Program-made: the position numbers and the translations under genes
Source of the DNA: Pedobacter sp.
Lineage (GTDB): Bacteria > Bacteroidota > Bacteroidia > Sphingobacteriales > Sphingobacteriaceae
Length of the DNA: 64,000 nucleotides
NCBI GenBank assembly: GCA_045629455.1
Contig: JAZQRI010000083.1
Location: forward strand, 6,536 to 70,535
Direction: 5' to 3'
Part shown: positions 29,726 to 40,912 of the stretch, piece after piece
Layout: every line of letters starts with the position of its first letter
Position numbering within the stretch: the first letter of the stretch is position 1
The notes under the pieces: model-generated
Told to the model about the DNA's origin: nothing
What the model saw: the letters and a program-made list of their open reading frames with translations, nothing else
Database searches by the model: none

Positions 29726-32700
29726 ATGCGTAATCCATTACTTATCATTTTATTCCTGTTCATTGTGATCCCCGCAGTTGCCCAGGAAAAGAAAGAGGTC
29801 AGCAAATGGGATGTTGAAAAATACAAAGGACCCACAAAAACAGTTACGATCAATACGAATGAAGGCACCTGGATGAACCTCGACGTGAGCCCCGATGGCA
29901 AGGAAATCGTCTTTGACATGCTTGGAGACATCTACTCCATGCCAATCACCGGCGGTACGGCAAAAATTTTAAGTGGCGGAATCGCCTTTGATGTCCAACC
30001 CAGATTCAGTCCCAATGGCAAATATATTTCGTATACCAGTGATAAATCCGGAGGAGACAACATCTGGATTATGAACCGCGATGGTTCAAACAAAAGACAA
30101 ATTACCAGGGAAAGCTTCCGGCTCTTAAACAACGCGACCTGGATGCCAAATAGCGAATACATCATCGCAAGGAAACACTTCACCGCTACCCGCTCGCTGG
30201 GTGCAGGCGAAATGTGGATGTACCACATCAACGGGGGCGATGGCGTACAGCTCACCAAGAGAAAGAATGACCAGCAAGATGCCGGAGAGCCCAACGTATC
30301 GGCGGACGGCAAAGAATTGTACTTTAGTGAAGATGTGTCTCCGGGGCCTACGTTTCAATACAGTAAGGATCCGAACGGAATCATCTACGCGATAAGAAAA
30401 TTAGATCTCAAAACAGGAAAGTTAACAGACTTAATCTCCGAACAAGGCGGAGCCGCAAGGCCGCAGCTCTCTCCCGATGGAAAGTTGATGGCTTTTGTAA
30501 AAAGAGTGCGCCTGAAATCTGCACTTTACATCCAGAACATGGAGACTGGTGAGCAGTGGCCTGCATATGAAGACCTCTCCCACGACCAGCAGGAAACCTG
30601 GGCTATATTTGGCGTATACCCTAACTTTGCGTGGACACCAGACGGGCAAAGCATCATCGTCTATGCTAAAGGCAAAATCAGGAAGATAGACCTAAACGGC
30701 CTGTCTGTCTCGGAAATCCCTTTTCAGGTGAGCAACACACAAACTGTCCAGACTTCGCTGCACTTCCCGCAGCAGGTCTTCAGCCCGGAGTTTACCGTGA
30801 AAATGATCCGGCAACTCTCCACATCTCCAGACGGGAAAACAGTTGTGTTTAATGCCGCCGGATTTCTTTATAAAAAATTATTGCCAAATGGCGTTCCGGA
30901 AAGGATTACCGAAGGCCTTGACTTCGAGTTCGACCCTTCATTTAGCCCTGATGGGAAATACGTTGTATTTACGACCTGGAGCGATGAATTTAAAGGATCC
31001 ATCAAGAGGGCTGACCTTAGATCGGGCCGGGTGGTGACGCTTACGGACGAAAAAGGATACTATTACAGCCCTTCCTACTCTCCAAACGGTGGCCTTATCG
31101 TTTTCCGCAAAGGTAGCGGCAACCCTGTCCTTGGCTATACCTATGGAATCGGCACCGGGATCTTCACCATGCCTGCTGCCGGAGGCCCAAAAACACTGGT
31201 TGTTGACAACGGAGTAGAACCGCAGTTCAACACAGACGGCACACGGATCTTCTTTCAGGGAAACGAAGGTGGTAAGAAGGCTTTCAAAAGTGTAGCGCTC
31301 AGTGGAGCCGGGGTCATGACGCACTATACGTCCACCTATGCCAATCAGTTTGCACCCAGTCCGGATGGCAAATGGATGGCGTTCACAGAATTGTTCAACA
31401 TCTACATTACCCCACTGGTTACGACCGGCACGCCCTTGGAGCTGTCCGCGTCCAACACCGCTATTCCGCTAAGCAGACTCACGAAGGATGCCGGCACGAA
31501 CGTGCACTGGAGCAGCGACAGCAAACGGATCAGCTGGACACTCGGGCAGCAGTATTACACGCAGCACCTCAAAAACGCTTTCCCTTTTATTGAAGGTGGC
31601 ACCGGAGCTGGGAATATTCCTGCAGACAGCCTTTCTATCGGCTTACGCCTGAAAAGCGACCTGCCTGACGGTACGGTGGCATTGAAGGGTGCAAGGCTCA
31701 TTACGATGAAAGGTGACCAAGTCATTGAGGATGGTACCATTATCATAGAAAATAATAAAATTACGGCGATCGGCAAGGGAGCCGAAATCGCCATTCCAGC
31801 GGATGCCAGGATACTCGACGTATCCGGAAAAACAATCATGCCGGGGATAGTAGATGTACATGCCCATCTGCATACCAGTCCGGACGGGATCACGCCTCAA
31901 ACGGATTGGGGATATTTAGCAAATTTGGCTTTCGGAGTTACTACTGCTCATGATCCATCGAGCAGCACCGAAATGGTGTTCAGCCAATCTGAGATGCTCA
32001 AAGCCGGGCGGCTGATAGGCCCAAGATTGTACTCTACCGGGTCAATCTTATATGGTGCAGATGCCGACATGAAGGTTGTGATCAACAGCCTCGACGATGC
32101 CTTATCCCATCTACGGCGGTTGAAAGCCGTAGGTGCCTTTTCCGTGAAGTCTTACAACCAGCCCCGTAGAGACCAGAGGCAGCAGATCATTGAAGCGGCA
32201 AGGCAGCTTAAGATGCAGGTTGTCCCTGAAGGCGGCTCTACGTTTTTCACAAACATGAACATGATCACAGACGGTCACACAGGTATCGAACACAGCCTTC
32301 CGGTGGCTCCGCTGTACAAGGACGTCATCGATCTATGGAAAAACACACAGGTCGGGTATACACCAACACTGATTGTTGCCTATGGCGGGCAGTGGGGCGA
32401 GAACTACTGGTACGACAGGACCAACGTCTGGGAGAATGAACGGCTGCTTGCCTTTACACCAAGGGCGATCGTAGATCAGCGATCCAGAAGGAGAACTACA
32501 TCCGAGTATGGCGACTACAATCATATTGACATCGCTAAAACCGTAAAGCAGATGGCTGACAACGGCACGAAAATCAATCTCGGTGCACATGGGCAGTTAC
32601 AGGGATTGGGTGCACACTGGGAATTGTGGATGCTTGCCCAAGGTGGAATGAGCCCAATGCAGGCCATCAGAAGTGCAACGATTAATGGTGCAGCCTACCT

Positions 32701-32974
32701 GGGCATGGATAAAGAAATTGGTTCTCTGGACGTCAACAAATTAGCTGACCTGGTGATCATGGATGCAAATCCACTGGAGGACATCCGCAACTCAGAGAAG
32801 ATTCGCTATGTGATGGTAAATGGCCGTCTGTATGACAGCATGACGATGAATGAACTGCTCTCGAGAGAGAAAATCAGAGGTAAGATGTGGTTCGAGATCA
32901 GCAAAAGCAACAATTATGGCAACCCGAACGCGACATCTGAAACCTGGACCTACACTGTTCCGGAATGTGATTGA
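29726..32974 (+). CDS. TolB-type beta-propeller plus amidohydrolase-family protein
   Basis: Signal peptide; PD40 blades (VSPDGKEIVFD, FSPNGKYISYTSD, LSPDGKLMAFV, FSPDGKYVVFT, PSPDGKWMAF); C-terminal metal-dependent hydrolase motifs (PGIVDVHAHL...). The ATG at 29726 is preferred over the TTG at 29699. Confidence 0.8.
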   Translation: MRNPLLIILFLFIVIPAVAQEKKEVSKWDVEKYKGPTKTVTINTNEGTWMNLDVSPDGKEIVFDMLGDIYSMPITGGTAKILSGGIAFDVQPRFSPNGKYISYTSDKSGGDNIWIMNRDGSNKRQITRESFRLLNNATWMPNSEYIIARKHFTATRSLGAGEMWMYHINGGDGVQLTKRKNDQQDAGEPNVSADGKELYFSEDVSPGPTFQYSKDPNGIIYAIRKLDLKTGKLTDLISEQGGAARPQLSPDGKLMAFVKRVRLKSALYIQNMETGEQWPAYEDLSHDQQETWAIFGVYPNFAWTPDGQSIIVYAKGKIRKIDLNGLSVSEIPFQVSNTQTVQTSLHFPQQVFSPEFTVKMIRQLSTSPDGKTVVFNAAGFLYKKLLPNGVPERITEGLDFEFDPSFSPDGKYVVFTTWSDEFKGSIKRADLRSGRVVTLTDEKGYYYSPSYSPNGGLIVFRKGSGNPVLGYTYGIGTGIFTMPAAGGPKTLVVDNGVEPQFNTDGTRIFFQGNEGGKKAFKSVALSGAGVMTHYTSTYANQFAPSPDGKWMAFTELFNIYITPLVTTGTPLELSASNTAIPLSRLTKDAGTNVHWSSDSKRISWTLGQQYYTQHLKNAFPFIEGGTGAGNIPADSLSIGLRLKSDLPDGTVALKGARLITMKGDQVIEDGTIIIENNKITAIGKGAEIAIPADARILDVSGKTIMPGIVDVHAHLHTSPDGITPQTDWGYLANLAFGVTTAHDPSSSTEMVFSQSEMLKAGRLIGPRLYSTGSILYGADADMKVVINSLDDALSHLRRLKAVGAFSVKSYNQPRRDQRQQIIEAARQLKMQVVPEGGSTFFTNMNMITDGHTGIEHSLPVAPLYKDVIDLWKNTQVGYTPTLIVAYGGQWGENYWYDRTNVWENERLLAFTPRAIVDQRSRRRTTSEYGDYNHIDIAKTVKQMADNGTKINLGAHGQLQGLGAHWELWMLAQGGMSPMQAIRSATINGAAYLGMDKEIGSLDVNKLADLVIMDANPLEDIRNSEKIRYVMVNGRLYDSMTMNELLSREKIRGKMWFEISKSNNYGNPNATSETWTYTVPECD

Positions 32975-33008
32975 TGAAACTCAGGCGGGTAGGATATAAT
33001 ATTAATTG

Positions 33009-33040
33009 AAAAAGGAGCTGTCTTGGACAGCTCCTTTTTC
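33009..33040 (+). terminator. Rho-independent terminator
   Basis: aaaggagctgtc-ttg-gacagctccttt followed by a T-run, 35 nt after the stop at 32974. Confidence 0.75.
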
Positions 33041-33189
33041 ATGCATCCGAATTTCCTCATGCATCCGGATAATCGCTAACTTGTGTATTAACTCGACTAT
33101 CGGCCTTCTAATTGCTACAAAACAAACAATCCCCTATTTTGTCACATACAAATCGTTGAACAACATTTTAAAAGTTATACAAAGCAATC

Positions 33190-33612
33190 ATGAAAATACA
33201 TCAACAGGAACTACGTTTATCTCCACGCAAAAGAGGCTTTCACCTGATCACCAGAGAAGTAATACAAGGTGCACCGGCCATATCAGACATTGATACCGGT
33301 ATGTGTCAGGTGTTCATTCAGCATACTTCCGCTTCACTAACCATAAATGAAAATGCGGACCCGACCGTACGCATGGATTTCGAGACGTTCTTTAACAAAG
33401 CTGTTCCGGCGAATGATCCGGACTATAAACATAACGATGAAGGTCCTGACGACATGCCCGCTCACCTGAAAGCCGCCCTTCTGGATACCTCCGTTATGAT
33501 CCCGATTCGAAACGGACGCCTTGCACTTGGTACCTGGCAGGGAATCTACCTGTGTGAACACCGCGACTACGCTGGATCCAGAAGAATGCTGATCACCGTC
33601 TGGGGCATTTAA
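33190..33612 (+). CDS. YjbQ/UPF0047 family (secondary thiamine-phosphate synthase)
   Basis: GMCQVFIQHTSASLTINENADPTV...DDMPAHLKAALLDTSVMIPIRNGRLALGTWQGIYLCEHR is the canonical UPF0047 pattern. Confidence 0.85.
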   Translation: MKIHQQELRLSPRKRGFHLITREVIQGAPAISDIDTGMCQVFIQHTSASLTINENADPTVRMDFETFFNKAVPANDPDYKHNDEGPDDMPAHLKAALLDTSVMIPIRNGRLALGTWQGIYLCEHRDYAGSRRMLITVWGI

Positions 33613-33617
33613 TAAAA

Positions 33618-35024
33618 TCAGGCTCCAAAAGAAAAATTTAAAGCTAATTTAGACCCATCCGGAGCGATGGCCATTATCTGAACCCGGCCGCCCCGTGCCC
33701 GCAATAGCGCAGCCCCTACATCCGAAGGTGTAGCAACTTCTGCCCCGTTGATGTAGGTGATGATGGTTCCTGGAGGGATTCCGATCTGATCGAAAAAGCC
33801 ACCACGATAAATTTCTGTGACAACCACACCGGACCTGAGGTTTAAACGACTTTTAAGGGCTGGGGGAAGTTGCGTAAATTTCGCTCCCAGCTTCTCGTAA
33901 AGTACCTCTAACGCTAGGGCATCTGCAAGCAGGCTTGATTTCGGTGCATCTTTCAAGGTCACTGATACAGTTCTGGTCTTGCCATCTCTTAAAAAGCTCA
34001 ACTCAATTTTGTCACCCGGCCGATGGCGTGCTATGCGTTCCGAGAATTCCGACGAGGAGTAAAGTTGATTCCCATCAATACGCTGTATGATATCACCCTC
34101 TTTTAAACCTGCCGCTGCTGCTGCACTGCCTTTCTGTATATCCGTAATGAACACCCCGTTTACAGATCCTGGTTTTATTCCTTGCTGCTTGAAGAATTCA
34201 TCTTCTGTGGCCGGTGCAGGAAAATTCACGCCTAGAACCCCTCTTTTAACGGTACCGAACTTTTTAAAATCTTCAAGAATCTTTTTCGCAAGATTTACAG
34301 GAATAGCAAAGGCATAGCCTGTGTAGCTTCCGGTCAATGATGCAATTGCAGTATTAATTCCAATCAGTTGCCCGTCAGAGTTAACGAGTGCACCGCCGCT
34401 GTTACCCGGGTTAATTGCCGCATCTGTTTGTATGAATGATTCTATTGTACTTTCCGGTTGCTGAACAGGACCTTGTCCTGCGTTGTTGATGATGCCCAGG
34501 TTCCGGCTTTTGGCACTGATGATGCCTGCGGTTGCGGTAGTGTTAAGCGAGTAGGGATAGCCGACAGCCAATACCCATTCACCAACTTCCACAGCATCTG
34601 AATTGCCATATTTCACAAAGGTTAACCCAGAAGACTTGATCTTTAACAAAGCCAGATCTGTGTTTGGGTCCCGACCAACAACTTTGGCGCGGAACTCACG
34701 TCTGTCCGTTAGAATAACCTGTATCTCAGAAGCATTCTCTACCACGTGATTGTTCGTGGCAATATAGCCGTCTTCAGAAATGATTACACCTGACCCAGTG
34801 CCCCGCTCCGTCTTGATGTGAACCACGCCTGGAGTCACCATCTTAGCTGCGGATATGAAGTTAACGTAATTTGTTCCGAGAGCGTTCTTTGCAGAACCCT
34901 GCCCCGGAGTCACTACAGGAGGTGCATCCTCCTGCAACGGGCTTCTACGTAATACCAAGTAGAAACATGCCGCGATAGCGATCCAAGTCAGAAAGAATAC
35001 CAGAATAAGTGTAGATTTTCTCAT
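33618..35024 (-). CDS. HtrA/DegP-family serine protease with two PDZ domains
   Basis: Trypsin-like triad context (TNNHVV, DLALLKI, GNSGGALVN) followed by two PDZ-like segments. Confidence 0.9.
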   Translation of the reverse strand: MRKSTLILVFFLTWIAIAACFYLVLRRSPLQEDAPPVVTPGQGSAKNALGTNYVNFISAAKMVTPGVVHIKTERGTGSGVIISEDGYIATNNHVVENASEIQVILTDRREFRAKVVGRDPNTDLALLKIKSSGLTFVKYGNSDAVEVGEWVLAVGYPYSLNTTATAGIISAKSRNLGIINNAGQGPVQQPESTIESFIQTDAAINPGNSGGALVNSDGQLIGINTAIASLTGSYTGYAFAIPVNLAKKILEDFKKFGTVKRGVLGVNFPAPATEDEFFKQQGIKPGSVNGVFITDIQKGSAAAAAGLKEGDIIQRIDGNQLYSSSEFSERIARHRPGDKIELSFLRDGKTRTVSVTLKDAPKSSLLADALALEVLYEKLGAKFTQLPPALKSRLNLRSGVVVTEIYRGGFFDQIGIPPGTIITYINGAEVATPSDVGAALLRARGGRVQIMAIAPDGSKLALNFSFGA

Positions 35025-35141
35025 AAACAGCGATCAGCCTGTTCTCCTGGCTATACATTAAGTCGATGAACGGCTTTTTATATAACACCCCGGAATGGCA
35101 AACAGTTTATGATATCTGAACTCAGATTACTGGCACCGCTG

Positions 35142-37517
35142 TCATTCATTTCGCAGGCATTTTACGGGATCTATCCTTGCCGCGCTGATCGCCTGCATGC
35201 CCACAGTCGCCCAGGAAATGACCAGGGCAATCAGGGCCGAGCCTACAAAATACCATACCTGCAGATCAATCCGGTAGGCGAAACTTTCTAACCAATAGCT
35301 TGTCATAATGTAACTGACCGGCAGTGCAATCCCTATCGAAGCGAGCACCGGCTTCAAAAATTCTTCCGACAGCATATAGATGATGTTCCACTGACTTGCA
35401 CCAAGTACTTTACGGATGCCAATTTCCTTCAATTTCCGCTCCGCTGTGAAGGAAGCAAGCCCAAAAAGTCCAAGGCAGGATATGATCACGGCAAGCATCG
35501 CGAAGTATCTGGATAACAAGGCCACCCGGTTCTCCGAAACATACTGCCGCTGGAAATCCTGATCCAGAAAGGTATAGTCAAAACTGTATCCCGGATTAAA
35601 TTTCCCATAATAATCTCTTAACATGCCCAGGGTCTCACGCTCCTTTCCAGCCGCTATCCGTATCAGAACCCGGTTGTTGTTTGTGGAGTTAAACCTGAAG
35701 AAAAGTGGCTTCACCTGCTCGTGCAAAGATTCGGAATGAAAGTCTTTGATCACCCCTACAATCTGATAGTCCTTTCCCCAAAGGCCAAAATTCTTCCCGA
35801 TGGGATTTTTCAAACCCATCAAACGGATCCCGGTTTCATTGATAAGGACCCTCGAACTATCTGAACCAAACTTAGAGGAGAAGCTCCTTCCTGCAGCCAT
35901 CTTCATGCCGAGCGTTTCAATCAGATCCTCACTAACAGATGCATGCTGAAATCTAATGACCTGTTTCGGATTCCTGTTCTCCCAATTGAAGTCACCTTCC
36001 GTGTAACCATACTCACCCAGAAAGCTGCGGTCCATACCTGCGGCATTCTTCAACCCGGGTATTTCTTTAATGGCCTGCAAAAAGGACTCCACATTATTCT
36101 TCAGCTTTCCTTCCATTTCCAGGTAAATCACATTCTCCTTGTTGTAGCCTAAATTCTTCTTCTGTACATAATCTATTTGCTTGTAAATGACAAAAACAGA
36201 AACAATTAAGATGATAGACAGGGTAAACTGAAAAACAACCAGACCTTGTCGGGTCCACAGGGTCCGTGCCGATCCCATTAGTTTACCTTTAAGTGCCTGC
36301 GCCGGGTCGAATCCAGACAGGTATAAGGCTGGATAGCTACCGGAAAGCAGCCCTGTAAATACGGAAATAGCTCCCAGTATACCAATCAGCTGCGCATCAA
36401 AATGAAGCGATAAACTTTTTTCGGTGATCAGGTTGAACTGCGGGAGCAGAAGCTCCACAAAAGTAAGAGAGATAAAAAGCGACAGTACCGTAAGCATCAT
36501 GGATTCTCCCAGATACTGCAATATAAGTGCGCGGCGATCTGCGCCCATAACCTTCTTTATCCCCACTTCTTTCATCCTCCTCGTAGCTTTCGCAGTAGAG
36601 AGGTTCATGAAGTTCACACATGCAATAACCAGAATAAAAACCGCCAGCAGCCCAAATAGTTGTACATATTGAATCCGGCCCCCGGCCTGAACGCCGTTTT
36701 CATAGCTACCATACAGATAGCCGGTTTCATATCGTCTGATGAACAGCTGACGATTGGAGATACCTTTAGATTGCATGTATTCTTTAATCCTGGCATTGAG
36801 TTTTCCGGGATCGGAACCTGGCTTAATTAGAATAAATGTATTTGGCCCATAGTTGGTCCACTTGAGAAAATTACCAGTGATTTCATTCAACATGTCCAGC
36901 GCCACCAGAAAATCAAACGGGTCCGAAGAATTCGCTGGCGTATTTTCAAACACACCTGTCACAACACCACTCGTCTCTCTGTCGATTTCTGCATTTTGCC
37001 AAATCACAACCTTTCCGACCACATCCGTGCTGTTAAACAACTTCTTTGCAAGTTGCGCCGAGATAACGATGGATTGCTTCCCGCTAAGGACCGTATTGAT
37101 GTTGCCGCTAAGCAACCGGTATGATAACATCTTGAAAAAATTTTCTCCTGCAAATTTCCCACGCGCTTTGATACCCGCACTATTGTCTACAGAAATCTTC
37201 GACTGTGCCAGCCAGCTGGTTGGTGATGTGGTAAGGGCGTCTTCCACCTCGGGCATCTCGGCTTTAAGACCTTCTCCCAATATGCCGGCATTGGCATCGG
37301 TCGTGCGGATTCCCTGGTCTGTAATTTCATTGGACATCACCTGATACAGTTGCTTTCCTTTATGGTGAAACTTGTCCATACCCACTTCGTCACTTACCCA
37401 AAGATAGATGAGTAAAGCACAGGTAAGCCCTGCAGAAAGGCCAATCAGATTGATAAAAAATGAAGTCTTGTGACGTTTGAACGTCCGGTAAATCAGTAAC
37501 AGGTGATGCTTAAACAT
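35142..37517 (-). CDS. ABC transporter permease, FtsX/MacB-like (duplicated)
   Basis: N-terminus MFKHHLLLIYRTFKRHKTSFFINLIGLSAGL and two FtsX modules (IGIRKVLGAS, VGIKKVMGAD). The start at 37517 is preferred over the extended ORF to 37604. Confidence 0.85.
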   Translation of the reverse strand: MFKHHLLLIYRTFKRHKTSFFINLIGLSAGLTCALLIYLWVSDEVGMDKFHHKGKQLYQVMSNEITDQGIRTTDANAGILGEGLKAEMPEVEDALTTSPTSWLAQSKISVDNSAGIKARGKFAGENFFKMLSYRLLSGNINTVLSGKQSIVISAQLAKKLFNSTDVVGKVVIWQNAEIDRETSGVVTGVFENTPANSSDPFDFLVALDMLNEITGNFLKWTNYGPNTFILIKPGSDPGKLNARIKEYMQSKGISNRQLFIRRYETGYLYGSYENGVQAGGRIQYVQLFGLLAVFILVIACVNFMNLSTAKATRRMKEVGIKKVMGADRRALILQYLGESMMLTVLSLFISLTFVELLLPQFNLITEKSLSLHFDAQLIGILGAISVFTGLLSGSYPALYLSGFDPAQALKGKLMGSARTLWTRQGLVVFQFTLSIILIVSVFVIYKQIDYVQKKNLGYNKENVIYLEMEGKLKNNVESFLQAIKEIPGLKNAAGMDRSFLGEYGYTEGDFNWENRNPKQVIRFQHASVSEDLIETLGMKMAAGRSFSSKFGSDSSRVLINETGIRLMGLKNPIGKNFGLWGKDYQIVGVIKDFHSESLHEQVKPLFFRFNSTNNNRVLIRIAAGKERETLGMLRDYYGKFNPGYSFDYTFLDQDFQRQYVSENRVALLSRYFAMLAVIISCLGLFGLASFTAERKLKEIGIRKVLGASQWNIIYMLSEEFLKPVLASIGIALPVSYIMTSYWLESFAYRIDLQVWYFVGSALIALVISWATVGMQAISAARIDPVKCLRNE

Positions 37518-37651
37518 GTCCTTGTTCGTTTGAACAGCAATGACCAAAGGCTGTGCCATGGCCAATATACACGTCTTGGGCCACAACCAGTGCTTACCGA
37601 TCATTAAAGTGCACGAAAACGAACGCTTTCTGTCCGGATATGAACTGTTGC

Positions 37652-38683
37652 TTATCCCCCTTTATAACGGTACAGTGGGAAGAAATCGATCTCCTCATCC
37701 TGCGTAACGCCAGCTTCTTCCAGCAGCAGCTGGTAGGCATTTTGATCCGCAATATACCGCCAGCTGGTAAATTCATAGAACAAATTAGAGAAAGCGGCTT
37801 TCCAGGCGAACAAGGAGTCTTCCTTATAGCCAACGCCCCCGCCGAGGTTAAAATACTGCATACCCATCTCTCTGCCCAGCACGCAAATTTCGTCTGTCAG
37901 CAACTTCGCTGGCGAATGTGAAAGATACGCTGTGCGGGTACCGAGCAGGTGCGCCTGAATGATCCGATGTGTATACACCACGATCGCACCACAAACCGCC
38001 TTTGCATCATGATAGACCATCAGCAACTTGCTGTTGTATTCCTTTGAGGCGAGCATATCCGTGAAATACGACTCAGAAAACAGGTAGAAATCGGACGCAC
38101 CAATACGCTTCATATTTTCCGTGTAGATAGATGCAAACTCACGTATTTCCTCCAGGCTTTCCCCCTGCTTTACATAAAACCCTTTCCTCCTCAGCTGCCC
38201 TATTTTCTCCAGTAAACGCTTTTGATATCTGGACCGCTGGGTATCCAGTGACACCTTCAGATCAATAACTACGATTTTCCCGTTCTGGTAGATACCACCG
38301 AATTTATCCATAAGTGAAATCTGGTTGAAGAAGGAATGTAGCCTGGAGAAAACCGATATATTCTTTTCCCCTCTCAGGAACTCCACAAAGGCAGTTTTAA
38401 AATTTTCCTTCAGATCGTCATCCAAATCTTCAAACTCCTTATTGGACACGGGGCCGGTGTAGCCATATACACTGGTTAAATCATTGTAAGATGTATCGGG
38501 GATCTTCCTGCGTATCAGTGGAAAACCGATGAAATCCGCTCCTTCTGAGTAAACGACAAGAATTGGATCTCCGCCACTATCCAAGGAATGATAGTACCAG
38601 GTATGGTAAAAATCAAAGTTGGCCGATTTCTCAATATAACCTCTCCACTCCGCTTCCTGTTGTATTGTGATGATCTTAATCAT
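37652..38683 (-). CDS. FemAB-like / GNAT-fold acyl(aminoacyl)transferase
   Basis: Size, position in a glycosyltransferase cassette and general FemAB-family pattern (..YHTWYY.., ..AHLLGT..). Weak, motif-level only. Confidence 0.5.
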   Translation of the reverse strand: MIKIITIQQEAEWRGYIEKSANFDFYHTWYYHSLDSGGDPILVVYSEGADFIGFPLIRRKIPDTSYNDLTSVYGYTGPVSNKEFEDLDDDLKENFKTAFVEFLRGEKNISVFSRLHSFFNQISLMDKFGGIYQNGKIVVIDLKVSLDTQRSRYQKRLLEKIGQLRRKGFYVKQGESLEEIREFASIYTENMKRIGASDFYLFSESYFTDMLASKEYNSKLLMVYHDAKAVCGAIVVYTHRIIQAHLLGTRTAYLSHSPAKLLTDEICVLGREMGMQYFNLGGGVGYKEDSLFAWKAAFSNLFYEFTSWRYIADQNAYQLLLEEAGVTQDEEIDFFPLYRYKGG

Positions 38684-38691
38684 ATCCGTTG

Positions 38692-39603
38692 TTAACCAGT
38701 GATTTTTTTAGCATAAATAGCAGCCAGTGCTTTAAAGGTTGTCACCGGCCGATAATGAAGGCACTTCTTCAGTGCCTGAAGAGAAACTTTCATTTCTCCC
38801 TTTTTGACGCTCCGCCGTAATACCCTCATGTATTCATTAAAATTTCTTTGTTTTAGAATGCTCCTGTCGAAATCCAATGGCAGAATTCCAGAAAGCACCT
38901 CATTCCACTTTTCCATAGCGCGTGCCCACTCCAGATTTCTGGAAGATAGAACGACACCCTGTACGCCCCTTAGATACACCGAGGATACCCGTGGTAAGTA
39001 TCTGATCTTTCCTTTTTTTGCCAGGTAGCACCACAAGATCACATCGCCTGTATATTCCAGTCTGTAGAATTCTTCATCTAAAGCATCCGACCTGAACAAA
39101 ACCGACGCTGTAGCAAATCTACGCTTCCCGAGAAGTTGACTGAGTCCTATATCGCCCGTACCGGTGTTGCTAAAATTATATTTCGTATTTTTTTCTGTGT
39201 TAACGACCAATGCATTTTCTGCAACCATGGAATAGTCGGCGTGTGACTCCAGAAAATCCACCTGCCGCTGCAATTTGGTTGGGTCTGTCCAGTAATCATC
39301 ACCTTCACACAATGCAATATACTTGCCCTTCGCCCTGGGAAAATTATGAACAGCACTTCCCCGCTTTCCCTTAAGCCATTGATTTTCGGTCTGGTATACC
39401 GGCTTAATGATGTCTGGATATTCATCCGCATATTCGGCAATGATTTCTGCTGTCCGGTCCGTGGACGCATCATCATGTATCAATACCTCGAAACCAAAGC
39501 TTGTTTTCTGCATGATAAATCCATCCAGAGCCTTCCGGATGTAATTCTCGTGGTTAAATGCCAGACAGCTGATACTGACCATAGGTGTTTCTTTGTTCAT
39601 CAT
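38692..39603 (-). CDS. Family 2 glycosyltransferase
   Basis: VSISCLAFNHENYIRKALDGFIMQKTSFGFEVLIHDDASTDRT and EGDDYW (DxD-type) motifs. Confidence 0.85.
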   Translation of the reverse strand: MMNKETPMVSISCLAFNHENYIRKALDGFIMQKTSFGFEVLIHDDASTDRTAEIIAEYADEYPDIIKPVYQTENQWLKGKRGSAVHNFPRAKGKYIALCEGDDYWTDPTKLQRQVDFLESHADYSMVAENALVVNTEKNTKYNFSNTGTGDIGLSQLLGKRRFATASVLFRSDALDEEFYRLEYTGDVILWCYLAKKGKIRYLPRVSSVYLRGVQGVVLSSRNLEWARAMEKWNEVLSGILPLDFDRSILKQRNFNEYMRVLRRSVKKGEMKVSLQALKKCLHYRPVTTFKALAAIYAKKITG

Positions 39604-40586
39604 GCAGAAAGGTCTTGCTTTACTTCTTCAAGCATCTGTCGCTTCATATCCTGCAGCATATCCATATACGGGTATTGCACAGTAAAACCAAGTTCTTCTT
39701 CTGTTTTGGAGATGTCATACAGGTAAGACGCCTGCGACGGTTTCTCGGGACGATAAATGACCTTTGATTTCTGTCCATCACTGGAGAAGACTTCCACAAT
39801 GCCCCGGATCTGCTGTTCCAGTGTGGTTCCAACACCCGTTCCGACATTAAAGATGCCGCGTGCCCGGGGGCTTTTAATGGCGCATTCTACAATACGGAGG
39901 AAGTCCTTTATATAAACAATATCCTTCGGCTTCGCCGGATCGCCCCAAATCTCGATCTGCTCGCCTGCCTGGGCCTTTTTGATGATGTACATAAATGCCA
40001 TGTCCTGAATCACTCCATCCACGTAGAGTGTGGCGGCAGGCATGTAGCTGTATATCGTTGGCAAGCGCAGAACGATGTTTTGAATTCCATATTGCTGATT
40101 GTAGTGCTCCAGCATATCTACAGCAGTACACTTGCTGATGATGTACATCGCATGGTCGCCGCGTAAATTCAATGCCCGGGATGCATCGGCGGGGATACGC
40201 ATGCCTGTATTCCAATGGCCATATACATCCGCATGCGACTGCGCGAAGATTATCTTTTTGACTTGATTCTCCCGGCAGAACTCCAGGACGTTCAGCGTAC
40301 CGGTAATGTTCACATCAATGTACTTGTATGGATTATAGCCTTCCATCCTTGAAGGCATCATTCCTGCAAGCAGGATAACGCAATCAATATCTGTTGCCGG
40401 CAGTTCCTCAAGTTGTTCCTTCTTCAGAATGTCGACGTTGACATAACGGACGTTCTTCATACCAAAGTGGCCGGCATTGCGGCGTCTAACGCCTGTGCCG
40501 GTTACCCGGTAGTTTCGCTCGCTTAGATACCGGGTCAGATGCATTCCTGTACCGCCTGTTGCACCAAAAATGATGACGTTTTTCAT
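39600..40586 (-). CDS. NAD-dependent epimerase/dehydratase (extended SDR)
   Basis: IIFGATGGTGMHL Rossmann motif and YIISK (YxxxK). 4-nt overlap with the downstream GT2 gene. Confidence 0.85.
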   Translation of the reverse strand: MKNVIIFGATGGTGMHLTRYLSERNYRVTGTGVRRRNAGHFGMKNVRYVNVDILKKEQLEELPATDIDCVILLAGMMPSRMEGYNPYKYIDVNITGTLNVLEFCRENQVKKIIFAQSHADVYGHWNTGMRIPADASRALNLRGDHAMYIISKCTAVDMLEHYNQQYGIQNIVLRLPTIYSYMPAATLYVDGVIQDMAFMYIIKKAQAGEQIEIWGDPAKPKDIVYIKDFLRIVECAIKSPRARGIFNVGTGVGTTLEQQIRGIVEVFSSDGQKSKVIYRPEKPSQASYLYDISKTEEELGFTVQYPYMDMLQDMKRQMLEEVKQDLSA

Positions 40587-40836
40587 GAGATCGTTGATTT
40601 TAAAGGTAAGTGTGGAGGCCGATGGATAACTTAGGTATCGGTTTGTTTATCAGCCCTTTCAAAATTAAGACAAACCCCACGCTTAAGAAACAATTTCACG
40701 ATTTCAGGTAGTTTGATTTGGACTGCGTCAAGTACGTCGGTTTTCAAGTTCCGCCGCCAATAAATACCTGAACACTAACGGGTTGCACTTGACAGTTACT
40801 TGAATTGGAAAGAGAATGCTCCAGCAATCAAACAGA

Positions 40837-40868
40837 AAAGGAGGGTATCTGCCCAGACACCCTCCTTT
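40837..40868 (-). terminator. Rho-independent terminator after the phosphatase gene
   Basis: aaaggagggt / accctccttt: a 10-bp stem with a T-rich run on the minus strand. Confidence 0.6.
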
Positions 40869-40912
40869 CAAAAACAAGTCTTAGATGATAAGACCTGCCA
40901 GTATAAAATTAA

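Noticed and set aside
33006-33293. 95-aa + strand ORF
   Set aside because: It starts inside the terminator hairpin of the upstream gene and runs out of frame into the conserved yjbQ-family gene.
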